Virus record (IMG/VR): IMGVR_UViG_3300021368_000002
Length of the DNA stretch: 64,000 nt
Origin: a virus
Lineage: Duplodnaviria > Caudoviricetes
Reading direction: 5' to 3' (one strand)
Of the stretch, positions 1 through 10,457 are shown piece after piece. Positions within the stretch are counted from its first letter, which is position 1, and each line of letters starts with the position of its first letter. A program made the position numbers and the translations under genes. Under the pieces are notes generated by a model that was given only the letters and a program-made list of their open reading frames with translations, did no database searches and was not told the origin of the DNA.

Positions 1-645
1 AGTAATACAGTTTCTTGCTTCTGGCGAGAGACGTTTAAGTGCGTCTTTGATACCGGCTGGACCTTTGCGGCCTGATATGTGGACATTGCACTTGAAATCT
101 TGAAACTGCTTACCATAACCCATCCACCTCGCTACATCTATGTGGTATTCGAATTCTTCAATTGAACGCTCGACAATCTCGGGGTTGTCGCTTGCAAGTA
201 CAGTAAATTGGCCTGGGTGCATCGATAGTCGGACATCGAGGGCTCTTGCCGTTTCTCCGACTTTTGCGAATTCTCTAGCGGCGTAATCACGTACATCAGG
301 CAAGCGCCAATAATAACTCCACTCATGCTGGGTATAAACAGGAAGCACATCGCTACCCAATCGGACCATTCTAAGCTCTGGAGGAAGGCTTCCCACATAT
401 TCAATCAACCTCTTGTATGACGCAATGTTATGGACCATAATGTCCCATAAGCGTTCTTCAGCAACGTCACGTGTCTGCCTATTCAGCCACTGTACTGTTG
501 TGCTACGAGTATTTAGCGGACGTTGAATCTCCTCGAGCAATTTCTTTTTTTGTGTTTGATCAGGATCCATATATTTGCAAGCAAAGCCTATACGTTGTTG
601 CTGGGCTCGCAAATAATCACCTGCTGTAGTAAATTTTAAATCCAT
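1..645 (-). CDS. uvsE: UV-damage endonuclease UvsE/UvdE (runs off the window edge; missing from ORF track)
   Basis: Manual translation from ATG at 645: MDLKFTTAGDYLRAQQQRIGFACKY...MVRLGSDVLP...RLSMHPGQFTVLASDNPEIVERSIEEFEYH...; RIGFAC, RLGSD and SMHPGQF are UvsE motifs. Confidence 0.9.
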   Translation of the reverse strand, partial: MDLKFTTAGDYLRAQQQRIGFACKYMDPDQTQKKKLLEEIQRPLNTRSTTVQWLNRQTRDVAEERLWDIMVHNIASYKRLIEYVGSLPPELRMVRLGSDVLPVYTQHEWSYYWRLPDVRDYAAREFAKVGETARALDVRLSMHPGQFTVLASDNPEIVERSIEEFEYHIDVARWMGYGKQFQDFKCNVHISGRKGPAGIKDALKRLSPEARNCIT

Positions 646-662
646 AGTTTATAATAACACCT

Positions 663-1358
663 TTATTGCCATCTGTCAATCACCCAAGGATCTCTACAAT
701 CTGCTGGATTAGGATCCCCATGAAATACTGCTATACTTGTTTCCGGGAGAACGTTTGGTTCTCCTATATCTTTAAAATTGCGTTTGCCATTGAATCTTAC
801 CATTTCTGGCTTTCCTCGCATTTCCCACTTATAACTTTGTATCCACTCATCTGGCCAAAACAAAAAATCTCTTTTCACTTTAGAGTAAATCCAATCTTGG
901 TCTCCGTGAAACCTGCGAGCACCTTGTGGATTTTGTATAAAGTCTTCGTATACATAAGCATGATCGCCAGCTTGTAATCTAAATACACTACTGTTCATTC
1001 TATCCCAAGTTGGCCTTTGGTGCCTATTGAAATCTCTAATTATACAAAACTGTTCAGGATTCCAGGTAAAAAGTTTGTCTATGTTTTCAAAAACAACTAC
1101 ATCTAGATCTAAGTATAAAATTGTACCATTTAATCCTAAATGTGGATTAAAGAAGTAGGGTTTATACCACCAGCCTGTAAGTCTGTGATCTAGATGTAAT
1201 GATAACACTTCTATTTCGTTGTTTAATCCTGCACTGTTTTCAGTCAGACAAACAAATTTAAACGGAATAGTTAAATTCCGTTTAACCATATTATATAACC
1301 TATTTACATATTCTGGACCATACTTAGTTCCATGTTTTAAACAGGCTACATAGTTCAT
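663..1358 (-). CDS. GT-A fold glycosyltransferase (GT8-like)
   Basis: YLDLDVVV (DxD), NSSVF, GDQDWI and IAVFHGDPNP motifs. Confidence 0.7.
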   Translation of the reverse strand: MNYVACLKHGTKYGPEYVNRLYNMVKRNLTIPFKFVCLTENSAGLNNEIEVLSLHLDHRLTGWWYKPYFFNPHLGLNGTILYLDLDVVVFENIDKLFTWNPEQFCIIRDFNRHQRPTWDRMNSSVFRLQAGDHAYVYEDFIQNPQGARRFHGDQDWIYSKVKRDFLFWPDEWIQSYKWEMRGKPEMVRFNGKRNFKDIGEPNVLPETSIAVFHGDPNPADCRDPWVIDRWQ

Positions 1359-1846
1359 GTTCTAAATTTATCTTCCACGAAACTAGTTTTTTGCACAGTA
1401 AACGGTGTGTAGATTGCACTGTTGGCACCATGCTCTGCACATTCTGCACTTTCACACCATACTCTACCGTCTGTATCTTTTTGTACAAGATCATTTGCAA
1501 ACTTCCAAGCGTGATACGCAAAACGTTCTGCACCTACACCATCAAGTTGTACAACCTGTGCAAGCCCTTTTGTTTCAAGCAGTAGTAGTTCATCTTTCAT
1601 TGGATCATTTTGATCAATTACAGTTTTATGATCGAAAGTGTCTTCTAGCCATTGCTTTAAAGGTTTCAGTCCTCCAAAGTCTTGTACCCAGTTTCTGTGA
1701 TCCAAATCACTAGCACCAAATGTAAATTTAAATTGTAAACTGTATCCATGTAAAAATCTACAGTGTGAATGATCTGCGTGGGGTTGACGGAACACCGCCG
1801 AAAGTCCGATGTTGTGTCCGTATGTTTTTGTTGAATAATAAGCCAT
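1355..1846 (-). CDS. queD: 6-carboxy-5,6,7,8-tetrahydropterin synthase QueD/PTPS
   Basis: HSHCRFLHGYS, WVQDFGGLK, TFDH, E-HGANSA motifs; SD AGGAG. Confidence 0.9.
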   Translation of the reverse strand: MAYYSTKTYGHNIGLSAVFRQPHADHSHCRFLHGYSLQFKFTFGASDLDHRNWVQDFGGLKPLKQWLEDTFDHKTVIDQNDPMKDELLLLETKGLAQVVQLDGVGAERFAYHAWKFANDLVQKDTDGRVWCESAECAEHGANSAIYTPFTVQKTSFVEDKFRT

Positions 1847-1849
1847 TGT

Positions 1850-1905
1850 TTTCTCCTATAAAAATAATGGCGGCAGAATTAGAAGGGGTGACGCCAAGTC
1901 CTATA
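1850..1905 (-). promoter_or_regulatory. Candidate cis-regulatory pseudoknot in the queD 5' UTR
   Basis: Stem UGGCG(1896-1892)/CGCCA(1872-1868); loop CUUCU(1885-1881) complementary to SD AGGAG(1857-1853). Confidence 0.4.
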
Positions 1906-1915
1906 ATTTATACTT

Positions 1916-1944
1916 ATATTACACTAGATTGCTAATTTTGTCAA
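1916..1944 (-). promoter_or_regulatory. sigma70-type promoter for queD
   Basis: TTGACA-17 nt-TAATAT. Confidence 0.7.
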
Positions 1945-2506
1945 GTGAAACATTTGTATTTTTCCACTCTTTTGGTAATTTCCATCCTTTGTCTGCATAC
2001 ACTACAAAACGTTTTTTTGGAAAATGTTGAAATACTTTGCTAATTTGATATATCCAATATCGTGGATCAACTGCTCGCTTTTCGCTGATATTATAATTAA
2101 GTGTATCTTTGTATATATTGTTAGTTTTGCCTTCTATTCCGTAAAGGTCAAATCCTAACAGCCCTATTGGCTGGGTAGATTTTTTTGCTGCAAGCAACAC
2201 AGCATATGGACCACTTCCCCATTGAAATGGTTCATCTACTCTATCACTTCCTACATAGGGTAGATCTGGAACTAACCTTATATGCCGTTTGTCTTTATAC
2301 CTGTCGATCCAATCTTCTCTAGTATAGATAAAACTATTAAGATTTGCTCCATGAGATATTGCTTCATTTACCATTCTTTTATCAACACATACAATATGTC
2401 GCACAGAATTAAAATCTCTAAAGACTGCATTACAACCTACTTTATCGACGTCTAAATCGTCTATGTTTATTCCTTTTCGGCTTTCACCGTTACCAATAAC
2501 AAGCAT
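1919..2506 (-). CDS. Conserved phage protein, DUF115/MptE/sialyltransferase-like Rossmann fold
   Basis: VIGNGESR...GCNA...SGPYA...LLGFD pattern. Confidence 0.5.
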   Translation of the reverse strand: MLVIGNGESRKGINIDDLDVDKVGCNAVFRDFNSVRHIVCVDKRMVNEAISHGANLNSFIYTREDWIDRYKDKRHIRLVPDLPYVGSDRVDEPFQWGSGPYAVLLAAKKSTQPIGLLGFDLYGIEGKTNNIYKDTLNYNISEKRAVDPRYWIYQISKVFQHFPKKRFVVYADKGWKLPKEWKNTNVSLDKISNLV

Positions 2507-2554
2507 ACTATATTTAATAAATACAACTGTTAAAAGATTAATTTTAGGAATTCC

Positions 2555-5500
2555 TTGATGTCAAACCATAATCCTACAATATACGACTTTTTCAGAAAAG
2601 TCATGGCCAGAAACGCAGGTGACAGTAGCGTTATAGGCGAAGTGGAAGCAGACAATACGCTAGACACACTAGAACTCCACCAAGGAGATAATATTGTACT
2701 AACAGTTGATCCTGGTAGTGACAGTATTGAAATTGCAGCAGACAGCACAGATTTATTTGTGCCGGTAGGTACCACTACATTAAGACATCAGCAAGGACTT
2801 GATCAGTATGACGTAAACCTAGTAGGAGGGTATGGCGTAGATGTTATAAGAAATAGTTCAGGCGAATTAGAAATTAAAGCTGGTGAGGGTGATACAAATA
2901 TATTATGGGTATCACGCACACAAGGTGACGATACAAACGACGGCATAAATGCTCCTGTGCGTAGTATTAAAACTGCTTGTAAACTAGCAAGTGAAATTGC
3001 CTACTCGCCTACTATAACACAAACACAGAGCTTTGTAGATGCCGAATTCCTTATAGATGCAAACATAGAATTTATGAAGGATGAAGTAATTGCGTTTCTA
3101 ACACAAAACTATCCTTCTTTAACTTACAATACAGCAAAGTGTAAAAGAGATACAGGATATCTTGTAAATGCAGCACTATATGATTTAAAATTTGGTGGTA
3201 ACTCAGCAAGTAGACTTAGCGCAGAATTATACTATGAACAAGGAAGTGCAGCAGTTCTAAACAATCAGCTAGTAGAAACTATCGCAGCAAATATTTTCTT
3301 AAAAACTTTGTTAGGAAACATATTAAACAATGTTACAGTAACAGCACTACAGTCTGTTACACAGCAAACAACAGACAATACTAAAACTGTAAGTGCAGCT
3401 GATGTAACTGCTTTACAAGATAGTTTAGACATTACAATAGATGCTTTAAACGCTGGAAATACAAATAGCCTTCCTGCTTTAGTCAAACCTACTTTAAGTT
3501 TTACTCCTACTACGATTAAAATATCTTCAGGAGATTATATAGAACAAAACCCAATCATTGTACCAGATGGTGTTTCACTTGTAGGCGATAGTTTAAGAAC
3601 TGTAATTATCCGACCTGCTAATGCAAATAAAAATATGTTCAGCCTAAGGAACGGTAGTTATATCACACAAATTACTTTCCGTGATCATTTAGACTCTAAT
3701 GGTGCACCGGACTGGACTTGGAAGTTTACGTTTGGGTTTGATGACATTTACGACACAGACTATGATAGAGGTGACTACAAAAATCTAAGTTCATTCAAAC
3801 CTGTAGTTACAACATCACCATATATTTTCAATGCTTCTTTAATATCGTTTTTAGGAGGTAGCGGCGTTGATGTAAATGGAGATTTGGTTGAGGAACCCAA
3901 CCAGCCTGCACAGGCGTTAGAACTTGAATTAGCAACTGATACTACGCCAGGTCTTCCTAAGCAAGGTAAGAGTATGATCGGTGCTGCTTACACAATGTTA
4001 ACCTTTGGCGGTACAGGTTGGCTTATTAGAAACCAAGCATATTCTCAATTAGTTAGTTGTTTCCAGATTTTCGCTAAAAACGGAATATATACCCAGAACG
4101 GCGGTTACTGTAGTGTAACAAACTCAGCTACAAACTTTGGATTATATGCATTACGATCAATTGGTCAAATGCCAGTATCTTTTGAATTTGATAGACCTAT
4201 TATTTCAGGCAATGGTATATTCGAAGGTAAGCAATCTTTTAAAGTTGTAGGAAGTAAAAGAGCTGCTACAGAACACTTTATTGTAAGAATTATAAACTCT
4301 ATCGGTACAGATATAACAAACAACCATAGACAAACTGGTACACAACAAACATTTGATAGTAGCACTAATATAGCAGGAAACCTAATTAATATACCAGGGC
4401 ATGGATTTGTAGGTGGTGAAAAGGTTGTTTACCGTAACAATGGTAACAAAGATTTAATCGGATTATTAGACAGAAATGAATACTATGTTTTTGCTGCTAA
4501 TGCTAATGAAATTGGACTTTTTGAAGATGTAAATAGTGAATATAGAGCAGTTCCTATTGCAACCACAGCTAGCCAAACACACATCATCGAAACACCCGAC
4601 GAAGAATGGTTTGTAGATGAAATTATCGATGAACATTCAGTTTATCAAAGACTAACCCTAGCAGCTGGCACTTATAACTTTATTCCGGGCAATAGTATTA
4701 CTGGTGACGAGGGTGGTATTCCATTAGCAGGTATAGTTAGTTCTTGGGACGCTACATCTAGAGAACTTGTAATTAGTGTTGAAAAAGTACAAATAGGTGA
4801 TACTGCTGTCAGAAACCAGTTTAGTTTAACAAGTACAATTACACAAGATCACACATCAGGCACCCCTGTTACAAATATCAATATTACATCATTTGCTGAT
4901 CTTACAGATTTGTTTACAACTGAATTTACTATCAGTAGCACTTACGGCACAAGCACATTCCAAAATATTGCAAATACAACAAACTTGACTATGCATTTGC
5001 ATAGACCTTCGATCGTCAACTCATCTGCGCACACATGGGAGTATGCAGGATCGGGTATTGATTATAATGCATTGCCAGAAAACGGTGGACAAACTATTGC
5101 TGACTATCAGCAATATAGAAACCAAGAAGGTAGAGTTTATACTTCAGGTACAAACGAACTAGGTGACTTCTTAGTTGGTGATTTTATTACTGCTGAAAAC
5201 AAAACAGGCAACATCCAATTTAGAAATAAAGTTACGATTACTGAATTAGACAGTTTGAGCCTAACTCTTTCTGATGTAACAATTAACGAGATATCAGATG
5301 ACATAGGGCTTGGAGATAACGACCTAAACGGCCCCCTACACAGCAGACTTGTAACACAGTTAGCAGTTCGTAGTTTCCTTGACAATAGACTAGGAGACTT
5401 CATTGACAAGAGTGTAAGCACAAACGCTGTTCCTAGTGCAATAGCACAATTAAACAGCGCAGGCCAACTTAACCCGGAACTTATTCCTGCAACACGTAGT

Positions 5501-8500
5501 TTTGCAAGCTATGTGGTTGACGAATATGAAGGACGTCTAAGAATTAGTGAAGACATACCTGCAGGTGATTCGCAAAGTGGCGACATTGCAATCGAAAATT
5601 ACGAAGAAGATGTTCTTACACTAAGTGGTGGAATAACTGTTGTAAAAGGTGAAACTATTACTCAAGCAAATAGTGGTGCAACAGGTGAAGTCAAGCAAAA
5701 CTACACATCATCAACTAGTTTGAAACTTGTAAACACAAGTGGAACATTTACAACTAATACAGCAGACACGTTGTCCGGCAGCACCAGTGGCGCTTTAAAT
5801 GTGTATCCTACGGTGGTTGACGCAGGCGCAGAACAACAGGATAGTTACTTCCTTAACAGAGATACTAGTTCACAATTTTTAATCTTAGAACCTGGCACAT
5901 ATAGCTTTACAAATGGAAATCAAGTTGTAGGTGCAGTAAGCCAGGCAGATGGACAAATTACTAGCTATGTAACCGGTGTTGTTATTGTAGTTAACAACGT
6001 GGCACTAAACGGCGGAACAGGGTATAACACTGACGGAACTTATGTTGATGTAGCACTTACAGGAGGAACTGGAACAGGAGCTACTGCTGACATTGTTGTA
6101 AGTTCAGGTAGTGTCAGTAGTGTTGATATTAAATCAGGTGGCTCAGGATACGCAGCAGGTCAAACTCTTTCAGCTGCTGATTCCAGCATTGGCGGAAGAT
6201 CAGGCGGAAGTGCATTTAGTATTAGTATAACAGATGTAGAACAAAGACTTTTCATTGATTTAGGTGCAGGAGGAATCAAGTTTAGTGCAAGCGGTGCTAA
6301 CCCTGATTTTATTAGAGATAATAATAGTCCTACAGTTACAATAAATCAAAGTTACACTGCAACTAATAGCTTTGATGCAAACACTGATGTTGCATATACA
6401 CAGAATCAGATTACCATTACAAATCATGGTTACACCACAGGTGATCCAGTAAAATATTCAAGCGGTGTAAACCTACCAATTGGCAATCTTGCTAATAACG
6501 CAGTTTATAGAGTTCGTGTGTTAGATGCAAATACAATCTCGTTATACGATGATTACGATATTACAACACAAAGATTGTTTTCAAGTTCTAGCACAGGAAC
6601 GCATACCCTAACTATCAACGGTGTTGAAACAGTTGGTAGTACATTTTACCAACCAGCACACGGATTAACAACAGGTGATGCACTAGAGTATACAGCATCA
6701 GTTCCGCCCACAGGAATAACAGCTGGAGGATATTACTTTGTAGGTAGTGTAACAACAAACAGTTTTACATTACATCCTAGTAGAGCTAACGCTCTTACAA
6801 GTATTAATGGTATAACTTTTGCAAAGCAAAATGTTACTACCCAAGGCACAGGTAATGCTACTCTTAATTTACATGATGTCCAAGTTAATACCCAAATAAA
6901 CACCAGTAGCACATTACGTGATAACTGGAGTGTTTTAAGTTCAGGCAATATAGATGCAAGCAATATTATTTCAGGTATTATTGATAGTACACGTTTAGGT
7001 ACTGGTACAGCAAATAGTGATACTGCATTGTTTGGAGATAGTTCATATAAACTTGTTGTCAAAGATATTACAAATAATACTACAGACGATCCTATAACAC
7101 TTGCTGGAACATTCTTTACAGACGGTAGTGGCAATGAGCATTACTATGGAAGCATAGATATAAGAGTTGAACCTGCTGGTGCAGATACGGCTGTTACAGC
7201 TGATGCTAACCAAGCATACTATTCAAGTGGTGTTGCAAAGTTCCTTAAAGAACATTTTACTAATAGCACTACAGGTCAAATCGGTGTAAAACCTAGCACA
7301 CAAGGCGGAACAGTTGATGCAGCTACATTAGGTGGTGTAGGTAGAACACATTATGAAAATCCTGAAAATTTAAGCCGTGCAGTTCCTATAACTTTAGGCG
7401 GTACTAATTTGTCAGGGTATGCAGCAGGTGATATGATATATGCTGCAACTGTATTAGACGATGATTTAGATGCTTTTAGTAAATTAACTATTGGTACAAG
7501 CGGCCAGGTTTTACAAGTAAGTAGTTCTTCAATACCTGAATGGACCAGCAACCTTAACCTTAGCGGCGGTACTTTTGGCAACATACAAATTGGAGTAACA
7601 AACGATAATACTATTGATATCGTTACAGGTCAAGGTGATCTTACACTAGGTGTTAATACAATTATTACAGGAAATCTTACAGTTCAAGGAACAACAACAA
7701 CTGTAGATAGTACAACCACACAGGTAGTAGATCCTATATTCCAAATAGGTGGTGGAACAGGTGGTGCTGCTCTAACAACAGATGATAACAAAGATAGAGG
7801 GATTGCATTTAAGTGGTACGATACTACTGAAAAGACAGGTTTCTTTGGCTTTGATGATAGTGCAGGTAAATTTGTATTCATTCCTGATGCAACAATTACA
7901 AATGAAGTAGTTTCAGGCACGCTAGGAGAGATAAGTGCATCTGTAGACTGGGCAAATGTTCTAAACAAACCAGATCCGCAAATTACAGTGACACTAACAG
8001 GCGATGTAACTGGCTCAGCAAATACTACCCTTACTGATCTAGGTAATGGTACAATATCAGTTGCAACTACTGTCGCTGCTAACAGTGTAGCACTAGGTAC
8101 TGATACAACTGGTAACTACATGGTTAATGTTACAGCAGGTCAAGTTGATTCAACGGCTGGTATTTCTATTAGTCATACACAAGGTGAAGGCAGCTCAGCA
8201 ACAATATCTCATGCTAATACAAGCTCTCAAGCAAGTGTTAACAATAGCGGTAATACATTTATACAAGATATTACAGTTGATACCTATGGACATATTACAG
8301 GGCTAACAAGTGCTACTGTAGATCAAGGTGTGTCTGATATAACAGGTGGCAACGCTATCACAGTTAGTGCTTCAACAGGTTCTGTAACTATTAATCATAC
8401 TGACACAAGCTCACAAGCAAGCGTAAATAATTCAAATGGTACTGTAATACAAGATGTAACACTTGATACCTATGGCCATGTGACAGGATTAAATAGTGTT

Positions 8501-9022
8501 AACCTAGATAGCAGATATATTAATACTACCGGCGACACTATGACTGGTACATTAACAACTAGGAATTTGCAGCCTAATCAAAATAATACTCGCAATATTG
8601 GTACTAGTAGTTTAAAATACAACACTGTGTATGCAACTACATTTGATGGCACTGCTACGCAAGCAAAATACGCTGACTTAGCAGAAAAATATCTAGCAGA
8701 TGAAAATTATGAAATAGGTACAGTGATAATGATAGGCGGTGAAGCTGAAGTTACAGCAGCAATCGAAGACCAAGCCCATAGCGTTATTGGTGTAGTTAGT
8801 GAAGCACCTGCATTTTTAATGAATAAAGATTTAGATGGTGGCACAGCAATAGCACTTAAAGGGAGAGTAAAAGTCCGTGTACAAGGTAAAGTATCAAAAG
8901 GCGATCGTTTGTGCGCAAGTAGTTTGCGCGGCGTGGCATATCCTAATAATAATAGGGGTGCTTGGAGTTTTGCAATCGCACTAGAAAATGGTGAAGATAT
9001 AGTAGAAGCAGTTATTCTTTAA
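2555..9022 (+). CDS. Giant virion structural / tail-fibre protein (2155 aa) with beta-helix region, internal repeats and C-terminal chaperone-like domain
   Basis: T/G/S/N-rich; repeated HG(F/Y/L)xxG(D/E)xxxY units; duplicated TSSQASVNNS..xIQDxTxDTYGH unit; C-terminal DGTATQAKYADLAEKY...IALKGRV; late-promoter motif TAAATA at 2518-2523. Confidence 0.75.
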   Translation: MMSNHNPTIYDFFRKVMARNAGDSSVIGEVEADNTLDTLELHQGDNIVLTVDPGSDSIEIAADSTDLFVPVGTTTLRHQQGLDQYDVNLVGGYGVDVIRNSSGELEIKAGEGDTNILWVSRTQGDDTNDGINAPVRSIKTACKLASEIAYSPTITQTQSFVDAEFLIDANIEFMKDEVIAFLTQNYPSLTYNTAKCKRDTGYLVNAALYDLKFGGNSASRLSAELYYEQGSAAVLNNQLVETIAANIFLKTLLGNILNNVTVTALQSVTQQTTDNTKTVSAADVTALQDSLDITIDALNAGNTNSLPALVKPTLSFTPTTIKISSGDYIEQNPIIVPDGVSLVGDSLRTVIIRPANANKNMFSLRNGSYITQITFRDHLDSNGAPDWTWKFTFGFDDIYDTDYDRGDYKNLSSFKPVVTTSPYIFNASLISFLGGSGVDVNGDLVEEPNQPAQALELELATDTTPGLPKQGKSMIGAAYTMLTFGGTGWLIRNQAYSQLVSCFQIFAKNGIYTQNGGYCSVTNSATNFGLYALRSIGQMPVSFEFDRPIISGNGIFEGKQSFKVVGSKRAATEHFIVRIINSIGTDITNNHRQTGTQQTFDSSTNIAGNLINIPGHGFVGGEKVVYRNNGNKDLIGLLDRNEYYVFAANANEIGLFEDVNSEYRAVPIATTASQTHIIETPDEEWFVDEIIDEHSVYQRLTLAAGTYNFIPGNSITGDEGGIPLAGIVSSWDATSRELVISVEKVQIGDTAVRNQFSLTSTITQDHTSGTPVTNINITSFADLTDLFTTEFTISSTYGTSTFQNIANTTNLTMHLHRPSIVNSSAHTWEYAGSGIDYNALPENGGQTIADYQQYRNQEGRVYTSGTNELGDFLVGDFITAENKTGNIQFRNKVTITELDSLSLTLSDVTINEISDDIGLGDNDLNGPLHSRLVTQLAVRSFLDNRLGDFIDKSVSTNAVPSAIAQLNSAGQLNPELIPATRSFASYVVDEYEGRLRISEDIPAGDSQSGDIAIENYEEDVLTLSGGITVVKGETITQANSGATGEVKQNYTSSTSLKLVNTSGTFTTNTADTLSGSTSGALNVYPTVVDAGAEQQDSYFLNRDTSSQFLILEPGTYSFTNGNQVVGAVSQADGQITSYVTGVVIVVNNVALNGGTGYNTDGTYVDVALTGGTGTGATADIVVSSGSVSSVDIKSGGSGYAAGQTLSAADSSIGGRSGGSAFSISITDVEQRLFIDLGAGGIKFSASGANPDFIRDNNSPTVTINQSYTATNSFDANTDVAYTQNQITITNHGYTTGDPVKYSSGVNLPIGNLANNAVYRVRVLDANTISLYDDYDITTQRLFSSSSTGTHTLTINGVETVGSTFYQPAHGLTTGDALEYTASVPPTGITAGGYYFVGSVTTNSFTLHPSRANALTSINGITFAKQNVTTQGTGNATLNLHDVQVNTQINTSSTLRDNWSVLSSGNIDASNIISGIIDSTRLGTGTANSDTALFGDSSYKLVVKDITNNTTDDPITLAGTFFTDGSGNEHYYGSIDIRVEPAGADTAVTADANQAYYSSGVAKFLKEHFTNSTTGQIGVKPSTQGGTVDAATLGGVGRTHYENPENLSRAVPITLGGTNLSGYAAGDMIYAATVLDDDLDAFSKLTIGTSGQVLQVSSSSIPEWTSNLNLSGGTFGNIQIGVTNDNTIDIVTGQGDLTLGVNTIITGNLTVQGTTTTVDSTTTQVVDPIFQIGGGTGGAALTTDDNKDRGIAFKWYDTTEKTGFFGFDDSAGKFVFIPDATITNEVVSGTLGEISASVDWANVLNKPDPQITVTLTGDVTGSANTTLTDLGNGTISVATTVAANSVALGTDTTGNYMVNVTAGQVDSTAGISISHTQGEGSSATISHANTSSQASVNNSGNTFIQDITVDTYGHITGLTSATVDQGVSDITGGNAITVSASTGSVTINHTDTSSQASVNNSNGTVIQDVTLDTYGHVTGLNSVNLDSRYINTTGDTMTGTLTTRNLQPNQNNTRNIGTSSLKYNTVYATTFDGTATQAKYADLAEKYLADENYEIGTVIMIGGEAEVTAAIEDQAHSVIGVVSEAPAFLMNKDLDGGTAIALKGRVKVRVQGKVSKGDRLCASSLRGVAYPNNNRGAWSFAIALENGEDIVEAVIL

Positions 9023-9317
9023 TATTTTTTTTAAGAATTTTAATTTCTTCACTAGTAGCAGATAAATTAGATTTTATTTTACCAAATAGAGTTGCTAACC
9101 ATGCGATTTTGTATATTGCCCACCACCACCAAACGATTGCAATGACCGACATAAGGATTGTTATAACACCTATTATGGGAATCTTATAATCAGTCAAGCC
9201 CATAAATTCACAAACAACAACAACCACAAGAGCTATACTAGGTAGAACCCTAGCTGCCCAGGCCCACCATTTTACTTCTTTAATTGTTTGTGTTGAAATA
9301 TCTTTTTCTTTGTTCAT
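9012..9317 (-). CDS. Small two-TM membrane protein (holin-like topology)
   Basis: Two hydrophobic segments, Trp-rich, basic C-terminus. Confidence 0.5.
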   Translation of the reverse strand: MNKEKDISTQTIKEVKWWAWAARVLPSIALVVVVVCEFMGLTDYKIPIIGVITILMSVIAIVWWWWAIYKIAWLATLFGKIKSNLSATSEEIKILKKNIKE

Positions 9318-10447
9318 CTACCAATAGCACCAAAGGGCTTCCAATCACCAGGTGAACCGTCTGCTACACAGATCCAACCAACCCAGCTTCCTGCATTAGG
9401 TTCATCGTTCCACACAATGTCGCCTCTTTTGTATGTGCCAACAGTTGGATAGTTTTGTCCAACTTCAAATTTCTTGTTTGAAAATTTGATAGGGCCTGCA
9501 ATTTGCATACTTACATCAGGGTCAATATTGTTTACACCTACGCCTACTTTTCCGTAAACATTTAATTTTGTGCTGTCACTGCCTTTAGTGCCAATAGTAA
9601 TATTTCCAGTAGCAGATACACTTATTCTTCGGATATCATCTGTAACTAGGTGTAAATCATTTGCTGTCCAAGTTCCGATCTTGAAAGAATCATTATCTGC
9701 ATCTAAAACTAATTCAGCATCATTTCCTGATAGTGATAGTAGTCCATGCGGCTGATCAGTTCTAATACCTAAACGCTCTTGATCACTGTTCCAGAATATC
9801 ATGTTATCTATATTCAAATCACCTGCGGTTTCTAGGTTGCGTAGTCTACCTACGGAAGTTAAACTACTATGTCTAACACCAGCACCTATTTCAGAAGCGT
9901 CTATTATTTTTTGTCCTTCGATAGAAATAAATCTACCTCTATGGAGTTCGATATTTTCAGAGCTAAAAAATCTATCAGGGTTAGTTTGATACACAAATTG
10001 TTTTGTATGTCCCTCACCTACCCAGTGTAAACCTTTGTTGGTAAGTGTGTCGCCGTCTGTGGTTTCAAATTTTAAAGATTCTGTTCTGCTTTGTCTAATA
10101 TCTGTTGTTAGGTTTGCAACGTGCATATTAGATGCAGTAATGTTTCCACTTACATTAAGATTACCACTTACAGCAGTGTCTCCTACAAGTGTAGCAACAT
10201 CTATATTATCTGTAAGTATACCTTCATTGTTTACTAGCACTGTAAGTCTAGTAGCACTATCTTTTATTCCTACACTTTGGAAATTAGTTATAGTACCACC
10301 GTTAATTACATTACCACTAAGACTCCTATCAGCAATAGGTGCTGGTTGAGCAGCAGGCCTATCTGCTAAAGTATCTACAGCATTCGCTAAAACACTTAGT
10401 CCGTCGCGAATTTTAAGTATGTTATCGTCTGAAATATCTCTCGCCAT
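9314..10447 (-). CDS. Putative virion structural protein
   Basis: 377-aa ORF, beta-rich, C-terminal GDIVWNDEP..GWIC...G.WKPFG module; late motif TAAATA at 10452-10457. Confidence 0.55.
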   Translation of the reverse strand: MARDISDDNILKIRDGLSVLANAVDTLADRPAAQPAPIADRSLSGNVINGGTITNFQSVGIKDSATRLTVLVNNEGILTDNIDVATLVGDTAVSGNLNVSGNITASNMHVANLTTDIRQSRTESLKFETTDGDTLTNKGLHWVGEGHTKQFVYQTNPDRFFSSENIELHRGRFISIEGQKIIDASEIGAGVRHSSLTSVGRLRNLETAGDLNIDNMIFWNSDQERLGIRTDQPHGLLSLSGNDAELVLDADNDSFKIGTWTANDLHLVTDDIRRISVSATGNITIGTKGSDSTKLNVYGKVGVGVNNIDPDVSMQIAGPIKFSNKKFEVGQNYPTVGTYKRGDIVWNDEPNAGSWVGWICVADGSPGDWKPFGAIGR

Positions 10448-10457
10448 ACTGTATTTA

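Noticed and set aside
138-404. 88-aa minus-strand ORF in the track
   Set aside because: Out-of-frame shadow inside the real uvsE ORF (1-645), which the track missed because it runs off the window.
663-1846. Complete 7-deazaguanine DNA-modification system
   Set aside because: Only queD is in the window; no folE, queE, queC or dpdA/tgt is visible, so the pathway cannot be claimed from this segment.
1850-1905. preQ1 class I riboswitch
   Set aside because: Lacks the class I loop (UUC-type ligand C) and A-rich 3' tail consensus; kept only as an unclassified candidate.
3265-7968. Several minus-strand ORFs inside the 2155-aa gene
   Set aside because: Antisense shadows caused by codon bias; no SD or motifs.
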